From Gemmatimonadales bacterium (GTDB lineage Bacteria; Gemmatimonadota; Gemmatimonadetes; Gemmatimonadales; GWC2-71-9): 42,498 nt of DNA. Where the stretch lies: the NCBI GenBank assembly GCA_036732805.1, contig DAINBS010000001.1, positions 1-42,498 of the forward strand, written 5' to 3'. A program made the translations under genes and the position numbers. This document shows positions 31,681 through 39,060 of this stretch, piece after piece; position 1 is the stretch's first letter; every line of letters begins with the position of its first letter. Under the pieces are notes generated by a model that saw only the letters and a program-made list of their open reading frames with translations, did no database searches and was not told the DNA's origin.

Positions 31681-32661
31681 CTAGTGACGCTCGGCGGGCG
31701 GGCGCACTGGGCTCCCGGTCTGGGCAATGCGACGCGTCGCAGCCACCAGCTCACGCGTGATGCCCAGCTCGTGTGACGAGTGCCCGGCGTCGGGCACGAT
31801 CACCCAGTCGAGTTCGGGCCACGCCCGCCGCAAGTCGTCGAGGTTGCGCACCGGACAGACGATGTCGTAGCGGCCATGGACCGCGAAGGACGGGATCCGG
31901 CGGATGCGGTCCGCCCGGTCCAGGAGCAGCGTGTCGGGCTCGAACCGCACGTTGCGGAAGTAGTGGGCCTCCAGCCGGGCCAGGCTCCACGCGGTCGCGT
32001 CCTCGGCGAACATGCCGGCGAACTCCGGGTTCGGGAGCAGCGTACAGCTCGACCCCTCGTACACGCTCCAGACCCGCGCCGCGGCGAGGGCCGCCTCCCG
32101 ATCGTCCCCGGTGAGGCGCCGCCAGTACGCCTCCAGCAGATCGCCGCGCTCGGCCTCCGGGATGTACTCGGCGAAGATCCGCCACAGCTCCGGCTGAATC
32201 CAGCGCACGTCCTGCAGCCACCACTGGATCTCGGCATCCCGCAGCAGCCAGATGCCACGGAGCACCAGGCTGCGTACCCGCGCCGGGTGTGTCTCCGCGT
32301 AGTGGAGCGCGAGGGTGCTGCCCCACGATCCACCGAATACGTGCCAGGTATCCACGCCGCGGGCCTCGCGCAGCCGCTCGAAGTCCGCGACGAGCGCATC
32401 CGGCGTGTTCCCCTCGAGCGCGCCCGCCGGGCGCGATCGCCCCGCGCCGCGCTGATCGAGCAGCAGGACGCGAAAGGCCGCCGGATCGAAGAAGCACCGG
32501 TCGAACGGCGAACAGCCCGCTCCCGGGCCGCCATGCACGAAGAGGATCGGAATGCCCGCCGGATTGCCGCACTCCTCCCAGTACAACTCGTGCGGAGCGT
32601 CCACCGCGAGCGTCCCGGAGGCGTAGGGTTCCGTGGGAGGGTAGAAGTGCTCGTTGGCCAC
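31681..32661 (-). CDS. pip: prolyl aminopeptidase (proline iminopeptidase)
   Basis: HGGPG, DQRGAGRS and the nucleophile elbow GGSWGSTLAL. GTG start. 326 aa. Confidence 0.9.
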   Translation of the reverse strand: MANEHFYPPTEPYASGTLAVDAPHELYWEECGNPAGIPILFVHGGPGAGCSPFDRCFFDPAAFRVLLLDQRGAGRSRPAGALEGNTPDALVADFERLREARGVDTWHVFGGSWGSTLALHYAETHPARVRSLVLRGIWLLRDAEIQWWLQDVRWIQPELWRIFAEYIPEAERGDLLEAYWRRLTGDDREAALAAARVWSVYEGSSCTLLPNPEFAGMFAEDATAWSLARLEAHYFRNVRFEPDTLLLDRADRIRRIPSFAVHGRYDIVCPVRNLDDLRRAWPELDWVIVPDAGHSSHELGITRELVAATRRIAQTGSPVRPPAERH

Positions 32662-32695
32662 GGGGCACGCTCAGTCCGGTTGGGCGGTGAAGTCC

Positions 32696-32769
32696 AGTGC
32701 CGTTCCAACTTGTTCCGCCTACGGTTTCCCCAGGCGGGAATGCTAACACCAACAAGTTGGAACGGCACT
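32696..32769. repeat. perfect 19-bp inverted repeat with a structured 36-nt loop
   Basis: AGTGCCGTTCCAACTTGTT (32696-32714) / AACAAGTTGGAACGGCACT (32751-32769). The loop holds an inner stem CCGCCT/AGGCGG. It lies between the TlpA-like stop (32803) and the pip start (32661). Confidence 0.8.
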
Positions 32770-32802
32770 AGCGCGGGGTGCTTCGGGATGGGCGGGATTC
32801 GC

Positions 32803-33366
32803 TCAGTCGGGGGATTCTGCGAGCAGCCGTCGCACGGCGGGCTCGAACGAGATCATCGCGAGCGGCCCAAGCGCGGCATGCCGGATCCGTCCCCGGCGGT
32901 CGACCAGGAACGAGGTCGGGTACCCGCGCACGCCGCCGAACGCCCGCTCGGCGTCCCCGCCGACGATCGCCACGGGATACGTGATTTCGCGCTCGGCGAG
33001 AAACGCCGTGACCTCGGCCGCCGGGCCGCGGTCGCGCGACAGCCCCAGCACCACGAGCCCCGCCGCCGCATGGCGCTCCGCCATGGACTGGAGCAGCGGC
33101 ATCTCCACCCTGCACGGCGGACACCACGTGGCCCAGAAGTTCACCAGCAGGACCTTGCCGCGGAGCGCGCCGCTCGACACGGTGTCACCCGCGAGCGTTT
33201 CGTACGCAAACGTGGGCTCGAGGCCCTCGCCGGAGCCGATGCCCACCACGGCGCCGAAGTGCGGGCCGAGGCGAGCGAGCGCGAAGGCCAGGATGCCGAG
33301 GAAGAGCAGGTTCCACGGGCTGAGCCAGCGCCGCAGGCGGCCGGCCTTCGGCGGCGGTTCGGTCAT
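32803..33366 (-). CDS. TlpA/ResA-family membrane-anchored thiol:disulfide oxidoreductase
   Basis: ATG 33366 overlaps the upstream stop (ATGA). N-terminal TM helix. LVNFWATWCPPCRVEMP thioredoxin motif. Confidence 0.88.
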   Translation of the reverse strand: MTEPPPKAGRLRRWLSPWNLLFLGILAFALARLGPHFGAVVGIGSGEGLEPTFAYETLAGDTVSSGALRGKVLLVNFWATWCPPCRVEMPLLQSMAERHAAAGLVVLGLSRDRGPAAEVTAFLAEREITYPVAIVGGDAERAFGGVRGYPTSFLVDRRGRIRHAALGPLAMISFEPAVRRLLAESPD

Positions 33367-34022
33367 CGCGCGTCCGGAATGACGTAGAGCAGCACGGCGA
33401 AGAAATGGGCCGCGCTGCCCAGCATCACGAATCCGTGCCAGAGCGCGTGGTGATACTTGAGCCGCCGCCAGCCGTAGAACGCGACGCCTACCGTGTACGC
33501 GAGGCCGCCGGCCACCAGGAGGAGGATGCCGCCCGTTGCCATCGTCGCGAGCAGCGGTCGCACGGCCACCACCACCATCCACCCCATCAGCAGGTACAGG
33601 GACACCGCGAGCACGGGCCGGCGGGTCCTGGTGAGCTCGAGCGCGAGCCCCACCAGCGCCAGTCCCCACACCACGCCGAACAGCGACCAGCCCCAGGGCC
33701 CGCGCAGCGTGACGAGTGTGAAGGGCGTGTAGGTACCGGCGATGAGGAAGAGGATCCCGGCGTGGTCGACCGCCCGAAGCACCCCTTTGGCGCGCGGGAT
33801 CGGAATGGCGTGGTAGAGGGTGCTGGCCAGATACAACAGCACCAGCGTCGCCCCAAACACGCTGCACGCCACCACGTGCCAGGCCGTGCCGCGCCGCGCG
33901 GCGAGCGTGACGAGCACCACCGCTCCGACCGCGGCCAGCAGCGCACCGATCCCGTGGGTGATGCTGTTGGCGACCTCCTCCCCGGCGGTGAGCGGGCGGC
34001 GTTGGGGCGGGGGAGTCGTCAT
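33363..34022 (-). CDS. hemolysin III / PAQR-family membrane protein
   Basis: ATG 34022 (MTTPPPQRRP..). NSITHGIG, LYLASTLYH, DHAGI.LLIAGTYTP and HALWH motifs. 7 TM helices. The track start at 34124 lies inside the upstream inverted repeat. Confidence 0.88.
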   Translation of the reverse strand: MTTPPPQRRPLTAGEEVANSITHGIGALLAAVGAVVLVTLAARRGTAWHVVACSVFGATLVLLYLASTLYHAIPIPRAKGVLRAVDHAGILFLIAGTYTPFTLVTLRGPWGWSLFGVVWGLALVGLALELTRTRRPVLAVSLYLLMGWMVVVAVRPLLATMATGGILLLVAGGLAYTVGVAFYGWRRLKYHHALWHGFVMLGSAAHFFAVLLYVIPDAR

Positions 34023-34070
34023 GGGCGGGAAAGCTAGCGGGGACGCGAGCGACCGAGGGATAGGGAGACC

Positions 34071-34145
34071 GAGGGATAGAGGGATGGAGGGATGGAGCTT
34101 GCCCGTCAGGTTCTGTCCCTCCATCCCTCCATCCCTCTATCCCTC
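34071..34145. repeat. perfect 27-bp inverted repeat (21-nt spacer) built from 8-nt tandem units, in a divergent promoter region
   Basis: GAGGGATAGAGGGATGGAGGGATGGAG (34071-34097) / CTCCATCCCTCCATCCCTCTATCCCTC (34119-34145). The arms are reiterations of TCCCTCCA. A further direct repeat GACCGAGGGATA x2 lies at 34051-34078. Confidence 0.85.
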
Positions 34146-34195
34146 CATCCACCCCCCCTGGCGCACCCGCCATTCCGGGTACATGCTCATGGCCC

Positions 34196-34501
34196 ATGCC
34201 ACCGCCCTTCGCCGACCAGACGCCGGGGGACCGCCGGACCGCTGTGGACCGGCGGGTCCACGTGCTCCCGTTCACGGCGGAGCGGCGGCGGGGCGCGGAC
34301 CGCCGGAGCGGCGGGGACCGCCGCGCGCTGGGCCTCGAGACCCTCGACCACCTCCAGCTGGCCCTCGACCATCTCGTTCGGGCCGCGGAGGATGCGACCC
34401 TCGACGACGAGACCCTGCGGCGGATCGACAACGTCCTCCTGCGCCTCTGGGCCCTGCTCGAGGAGCAGGCGGCGGAATCCCACCACCTCCCAGTGGTGTA
34501 G
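34196..34501 (+). CDS. hypothetical small protein (101 aa) with an N-terminal DRR-repeat region and a C-terminal helical region
   Basis: Of four overlapping ORFs here, only this frame has near-uniform G/C third positions. The N-terminus is GDRRTAVDRRVHV...ERRRGADRRSGGDRR. Confidence 0.6.
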   Translation: MPPPFADQTPGDRRTAVDRRVHVLPFTAERRRGADRRSGGDRRALGLETLDHLQLALDHLVRAAEDATLDDETLRRIDNVLLRLWALLEEQAAESHHLPVV

Positions 34502-34530
34502 GTGATTCGTCCCTCAAACCGGAGCACTCC

Positions 34531-35490
34531 ATGGCGGCCGTAACTCCTGGCCGGTTCATCTGGCACGAACTGCTCAGCACCAATCCCGACGCGGCCATTC
34601 CCTTCTACAAGAAGGTCGTCGGGTGGGACGTCACGCTGTGGGACCAGGATCCGGGCTATCGCATGTTCACGTCCAACGGCGTGCCCATGGCCGGGCTGAT
34701 GCAGTTGCCCGAGCAGGCCAGCCAGGGCGGCGCTCCCTCCCACTGGGTCGCGTACGTCAGCGTGCGCGACGCGGATCAGACCGTGGCACAGGCGGTGCGC
34801 ATGGGTGCCATGACCTACCTGGAGCCCATGGACGTGCCGACGGTGGGCCGTGTCGCCGTCCTGGCCGACCCGCAGGGAGCGACCTTCGGCGTTTACCAGC
34901 CCGCCACCTCGGGCCAGTCCCCCGAGGACCCGCCGCTGGGAGACTTCTCCTGGCACGAGCTGGTGGCCGACGACTGGAAGACGGCGTGGGAGTTCTACAA
35001 GGCGCTGTTCAATTGGGAGCCCGACCATCAGTACGACATGGGCCCGATGGGGACGTACTGGATGTTCCGCCGGGTGCCGGGGTCGCGCACGCTGGGCGGC
35101 ATGTTCACGCGGCCGCCCGAAATCCCGCACGCGCACTGGCTCCCCTACGTGCACGTGGCCAGCGCACACCGCGCGGCCGAGCTGGGTGGCAAGTACGGCG
35201 GCCGGGTAATGCACGGACCGATGGAGGTCCCGGGCGGCAGCTACATCACCCAGCTCATGGATCCGCAGGGAGCGGTGTTTGCCGTGCAGGCGATCCCGGC
35301 GAAGACCGAGTCGGTCCCGGTGGCGCGGAAGCCCAGCACTCCTCCTTCGAGAAAGCCGGTCGAGAAGCAGCCCGTCGCGGCCCGCCCGGCGGCGAAGCCG
35401 GCCCCGACGAAGAAGCCGGTCAAGAAGGCGGCGCCGGCGAAGCCCGCCAGGCGACCGGTCAAGAAGAGCGCGCCTCGCCGCAAGCGATAG
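34531..35490 (+). CDS. two-domain VOC/glyoxalase-family protein with a C-terminal Lys/Pro/Ala-rich histone-H1-like tail
   Basis: ATG 34531 follows GGAG. FIWHELLS and FSWHELVA begin the two VOC modules. The tail from 35290 is AIPAKTESVPVARKPSTPPSRKPVEKQPVAARPAAKPAPTKKPVKKAAPAKPARRPVKKSAPRRKR. Confidence 0.8.
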   Translation: MAAVTPGRFIWHELLSTNPDAAIPFYKKVVGWDVTLWDQDPGYRMFTSNGVPMAGLMQLPEQASQGGAPSHWVAYVSVRDADQTVAQAVRMGAMTYLEPMDVPTVGRVAVLADPQGATFGVYQPATSGQSPEDPPLGDFSWHELVADDWKTAWEFYKALFNWEPDHQYDMGPMGTYWMFRRVPGSRTLGGMFTRPPEIPHAHWLPYVHVASAHRAAELGGKYGGRVMHGPMEVPGGSYITQLMDPQGAVFAVQAIPAKTESVPVARKPSTPPSRKPVEKQPVAARPAAKPAPTKKPVKKAAPAKPARRPVKKSAPRRKR

Positions 35491-35564
35491 ACGCCCGCCA
35501 CCCACTGTCACGGCGGCTCAAAAGCGCAGGTGTTCACCGGCGCCGGTGACCCCCGACTCCTGCC

Positions 35565-35581
35565 ACGCCGCGCGGCGTTTT
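35565..35581 (+). terminator. intrinsic terminator after the VOC gene
   Basis: The ACGCCGC/GCGGCGT palindrome is followed by TTTT. A second palindrome, TCACCGGCGCCGGTGA, lies at 35533-35548. Confidence 0.55.
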
Positions 35582-35671
35582 GGGCCGTCGCTAACGTTTC
35601 CAGCCCCTCGCGCGTCTTTGGGGTGAATGCAGGCTCTCCCAACCGACTACCCGACACCCGGGAGGTGTCCG

Positions 35672-36250
35672 ATGCGCAAACTGACCGCCATGATCTTCAC
35701 CGGGGCCCTGCTCGCGCCCCTGGCCCTCGCGGCGCAGGACGCGCCACCCGCCCGCCCGGACACCGCGCCACTCATGCGGCTGCGGCAACACCGCGCAGAC
35801 CTGATGGGCATGGGGGCCGCACAGGGCGTGTTCGCGCCCCAGATGCTGCTCAATCGCCGGACACCACTTGCGCTCACCGATGACCAGGTGAAGCAGCTCG
35901 AGGCGCTGAGCACGGAGGTGCAGCAGGTTCACGAGAAGGCCCAGGCCGACGGGAAGCCCCACCAGGAGAAGCTCGCGGAGCTCTGGAAGGCGGACCAGCC
36001 TGACGCCGCGGCGCTCCAGGCCGAGATGCGCGCCCTGATGCAGACGCATCAGACCGCGGCGCTCAGCGCCACGGCGGCGGCCGCCAGGGCCAAGGGCCTG
36101 CTCACCGCCGAGCAGCGTGGCCGCGTCGAAGGCTGGGGGGACGCGCGCCGGATGATGCAGGGCCGACGGTTCGGCCCCGGCATGGGTCGCGACGGAGCCC
36201 GCCCGGGCGCGGGGTTCCGAATGATGCCGCGCATGCGCCGCTTCATGTAG
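35672..36250 (+). CDS. Spy/CpxP-family periplasmic protein (LTxxQ motifs)
   Basis: ATG 35672 follows GGGAGG. Signal peptide MRKLTAMIFTGALLAPLALAAQ. Two LTxxQ motifs (LTDDQVKQL, LTAEQRGRV). Helical, Gln/Ala-rich. Confidence 0.75.
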   Translation: MRKLTAMIFTGALLAPLALAAQDAPPARPDTAPLMRLRQHRADLMGMGAAQGVFAPQMLLNRRTPLALTDDQVKQLEALSTEVQQVHEKAQADGKPHQEKLAELWKADQPDAAALQAEMRALMQTHQTAALSATAAAARAKGLLTAEQRGRVEGWGDARRMMQGRRFGPGMGRDGARPGAGFRMMPRMRRFM

Positions 36251-36264
36251 GCTGAGTGCCAGTT

Positions 36265-36299
36265 GAGGCGCCCGGACCCGATTCGGGTCCGGGCGCCTC
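36265..36299. terminator. bidirectional GC-rich hairpin between convergent genes
   Basis: GAGGCGCCCGGACCCG-att-CGGGTCCGGGCGCCTC, a 16-bp stem. Confidence 0.6.
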
Positions 36300-36300
36300 G

Positions 36301-36582
36301 TCACGTTTCCCCCTCCCGACCCAGGAACCGCTCGGCGAGCCGCACCAGCTGCTCGTCACGCTGCTGGCGCGCGCGCACGAGGATGCGCTTCACGTGCACG
36401 TGGAGCGCGGGCTCCCCCCACACGTATCCGGTCGCCACTTCCGCGCTGTGCGTGTCGCCGGCCCGCGCGCCGCCGAGCAGCGCCCACGCCGCGGCCTCGT
36501 CGTAGTCGGGGTCGTCCCGCTCCGGCAGATCGTACCGGGGCTTCGGCCCCTCGGCGTCTTCGTTCACGAACGCGCGTGACAT
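36301..36582 (-). CDS. hypothetical protein (93 aa) with an MSRAFVNED N-terminus
   Basis: High GC3. ATG 36582 is preferred over the track TTG 36588. The MSRAFV(K/N)E(D) N-terminus recalls Gre-factor-C-terminal-domain/Rnk-like proteins, but the rest is not recognisably Gre-like. Confidence 0.55.
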   Translation of the reverse strand: MSRAFVNEDAEGPKPRYDLPERDDPDYDEAAAWALLGGARAGDTHSAEVATGYVWGEPALHVHVKRILVRARQQRDEQLVRLAERFLGREGET

Positions 36583-36787
36583 GCTCAATGGCTAATCCGG
36601 CGCCACGTCTCGGGCAAGCGCGCCGTTCCGTTTCGATGCACCTGGTGTGAGATGGATCACACTGCTGTCCCTGGCCAATCCAATAACTCCAACGAAGACA
36701 AGAAGTTGTCGTGCCGGATCTGGCGGAACGCGCGTTGCCGATCTCCCCGCCGACGATGTCAGCCAGACACCCAGCGAGGAGGAAACC

Positions 36788-37993
36788 ATGTGGCACGCTT
36801 CGAAGTTCGTCGTTCTGTCGGCGGTCGCGGTCGCGGCCGCGGCGTGCAGCGACGCCGCCACCGGCCCGGTTGACGGGTCGGCGCTCTCCCATGTCATCTC
36901 CCCCACGGAACTCGGCCAGGCACTCGATACCGCCCCGGCGCGCGTCGAGATCAAGCTCGAGCGCGGCACCCTCGTGGCCCGTGAGGTCGAGCTGAAGACC
37001 TCCGACGAGATGTCGGACGAGGAGTACGTGCGCGGCCTCGTGACCGCCGTCTCCGCCTCCGCCGGGACGGGGACCCTCACGTTCGAGATGGGCGGCCTCG
37101 TCGTCACATTCGCGTCATCGGCCCGGTTCCGGAACGACGACGAGAGCGGCAACCTCACGATGGACGAGTTCGTGACCCGCATCGAGACCGCGCTCGCCGC
37201 CGGCGTCCAGCCCGCCGTGCGCGCCAGGCGGCCCGCCGCCGAGCCGCAGGCCCCGGATGACGCGACGTTCCAGGCCACCGACCTCAGGATCCGCGACCGC
37301 GCGGAGTCGCCCAAGCTCGAGCTGAACGTGGATGCCGACAACTTCGAGCCGAACGACGCGCCGCCGCCCGAAGCCTGGCTCAACGTCCTCGGTCTCACGA
37401 TCGAGATCCGCTCGACCACCGGGCTCGAGGCCGATGACGACGATCGCGACGAAGCCGAAGTGGAGGGCCTCGTGGCCTCCGTCGATCTCGCGGCCGGGCG
37501 CGTCACGCTCACGAGCGGCGCCATCATCATCGTGCCCGACGCCGCCGCGTTCGACGACCAGGACGACGCCGACGACGAGCACCTCATGTCCCTGGCGGCC
37601 GTGCAGGCGGCGCTCGACGCGGGCCAGACCGTGAAAGGCGAGGCGGAGGGCGCCCTGCAATCCTCCGATCCTGTCACGATCCTCGCGCATGAAGTCGAGT
37701 TCGAGATCGAAGACGGCAACGGCGGCCAGCCGGGTCAGGGCACCGAGTTCGACAGCGCCGTGCAGTCGGCGGATGTGGGCGCGGGGCTGTTCGTCCTCTC
37801 GAGCGGCGCCACGGTCCGCATGACCGACTCTACCGCGATCTCGGGGCTGGGCGACCTGTTCACCCTCCAGGCGGTGGCCGACGCGCTCGCCGCCGGGAAG
37901 CTGGTGCGCGCCGAAGGCCGCGCGACCGTGGAGTCCGCGGGCCCGCCGGTTGCCCTCGTGGCGCTCACGGTGAAGTGGGAAGTGGACGACTAG
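36788..37993 (+). CDS. acidic lipoprotein with repeated DUF5666-like beta domains
   Basis: ATG 36788 follows GAGGAGGAAA. Lipobox AVAAAAC. Repeated G.V.SVD...G.LT...G..V.V...T.F modules are separated by D/E-rich linkers. Confidence 0.7.
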   Translation: MWHASKFVVLSAVAVAAAACSDAATGPVDGSALSHVISPTELGQALDTAPARVEIKLERGTLVAREVELKTSDEMSDEEYVRGLVTAVSASAGTGTLTFEMGGLVVTFASSARFRNDDESGNLTMDEFVTRIETALAAGVQPAVRARRPAAEPQAPDDATFQATDLRIRDRAESPKLELNVDADNFEPNDAPPPEAWLNVLGLTIEIRSTTGLEADDDDRDEAEVEGLVASVDLAAGRVTLTSGAIIIVPDAAAFDDQDDADDEHLMSLAAVQAALDAGQTVKGEAEGALQSSDPVTILAHEVEFEIEDGNGGQPGQGTEFDSAVQSADVGAGLFVLSSGATVRMTDSTAISGLGDLFTLQAVADALAAGKLVRAEGRATVESAGPPVALVALTVKWEVDD

Positions 37994-38047
37994 CCTCACC
38001 CCCTGGCCCCCTCTCCGCATACGCGGAGAGGGGGAACGGGGGTGAGG
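37994..38047. repeat. complete copy of a nested-palindrome REP-like element (also serves as a terminator hairpin)
   Basis: CCTCACCCCC-tgg-CCCCCTCTCCGC-atac-GCGGAGAGGGGG-aac-GGGGGTGAGG. It starts directly after TAG 37991-37993. Confidence 0.85.
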
Positions 38048-38119
38048 CCCGCTGTCGCCGCACCGGGGATCGCGCTACCCTTGGTGGACCGGATAAAGCG
38101 CGATGACGATCGCCAGGAT

Positions 38120-38155
38120 CATCCCGCGTATCCCGCTCATCCCGCTTGTCCCGCC
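38120..38155. repeat. four tandem 9-mers of the YATCCCGCY family
   Basis: CATCCCGCG TATCCCGCT CATCCCGCT TGTCCCGCC. Same unit and orientation as the array at 25959-26028. Confidence 0.8.
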
Positions 38156-38175
38156 GTCACCATCACCGGAATCCG

Positions 38176-38823
38176 ATGCGACTCCTCTCCGTGAACGTCG
38201 GCCGCCCGCGCCTCGTCGAGTGGCGGGACGAGCCCGTGCAGACCGGCATCTTCAAGCAGGCCGTCACCGGCCCATGCGCCGTGGCCCACACCAACCTTGC
38301 GGGTGACGGTCAGGCGGACCTCGAGGTGCACGGAGGCGTGGACAAGGCGGTCTACGCGTACCCGAGCGAGCACTACCCGTTCTGGAGCGCGGAGCTCGAC
38401 CGACCGGCGATGCCGTGGGGAATGTTCGGCGAGAACCTCACCACCGAGGGGCTCGACGAAACCACGGTCTGCATCGGTGACCGGTACGCCATCGGCACCG
38501 CCGAGTTCGAAGTGTCGCAGCCCCGGCTGCCGTGCTACAAGCTTGGCATCCGGTTCGAGCGCGCGGACATGGTGAAGCGCTTCCTCCAGAGCGGTCGGCT
38601 CGGCTTCTACCTGCGCGTGCGGCGGGAGGGGGCCATCGAGGCGGGACAGCCCATTCAGCGGCTGAGCCGCGAGCCCGACGCCCCCACGATCGCGGACCTC
38701 GCACTGCTGGAGACAGCGGGGAAGGAAGACCGGACGCTGCTGCAGCGCGCCGTGCGCGCATCGGCGCTCACGCAGGGCTGGCGCGACCGGTACCGGGAGC
38801 GGTTGGCCAAGCTCGAGAGGTAG
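38176..38823 (+). CDS. MOSC-domain protein (YiiM-like)
   Basis: MRLLSVNVGRP......V.TGI.K, GD.Q.DL..HGG.DKAVY.Y, GENLT..GL and the conserved Cys context QPR.PCYKL. ATG 38176 is preferred over the track start 38146, which lies in the 9-mer repeats. Confidence 0.88.
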   Translation: MRLLSVNVGRPRLVEWRDEPVQTGIFKQAVTGPCAVAHTNLAGDGQADLEVHGGVDKAVYAYPSEHYPFWSAELDRPAMPWGMFGENLTTEGLDETTVCIGDRYAIGTAEFEVSQPRLPCYKLGIRFERADMVKRFLQSGRLGFYLRVRREGAIEAGQPIQRLSREPDAPTIADLALLETAGKEDRTLLQRAVRASALTQGWRDRYRERLAKLER

Positions 38824-39060
38824 ACCCCCCCTGCTACCACTGGCAGGGGGTGGGACCCGGCGGGGCGACGACGGTGCCGTTCTCCTGCGAGGGCGACGTC
38901 CTCGTCGTCTATCGCGACGCGCAGGCGTATGCGTCCTTCAGTGACGCTCGTGACCTGGAGGCGGCGGCGCGCCTGCCCGGCAGCCGTCGATCGCCTGCCG
39001 CTCCGGCTGCTGGGGCCGGGCGGACGCCCCGAGTGGCAGCGGACCGCTCAGCGAAGCCGG

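Noticed and set aside
32764-32783. Sigma54-like GGCAC ... TGCTT promoter at the right arm of the 19-bp inverted repeat
   Set aside because: The spacing between the GG and GC elements is about 15 nt instead of the canonical 12, and no enhancer-binding protein gene is nearby.
33820-34530. N-terminal 237 aa of the 556-aa ORF 33820..35490, and ORFs 34092..34505(+) and 34187..34486(-)
   Set aside because: These frames lack third-position bias and cross the inverted repeat and the antisense of the hemolysin-III gene. The VOC domain begins at ATG 34531, which has its own ribosome-binding site. The 34196..34501 frame is the only coding-like one in between.
38146-38175. His-rich N-terminal extension (MSRRHHHRNP) of the MOSC protein as given by the ORF track
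   Set aside because: The extension is encoded by the 9-mer repeat array. MOSC/YiiM proteins typically begin M.(L/I).S(V/I)N.G, which matches ATG 38176.
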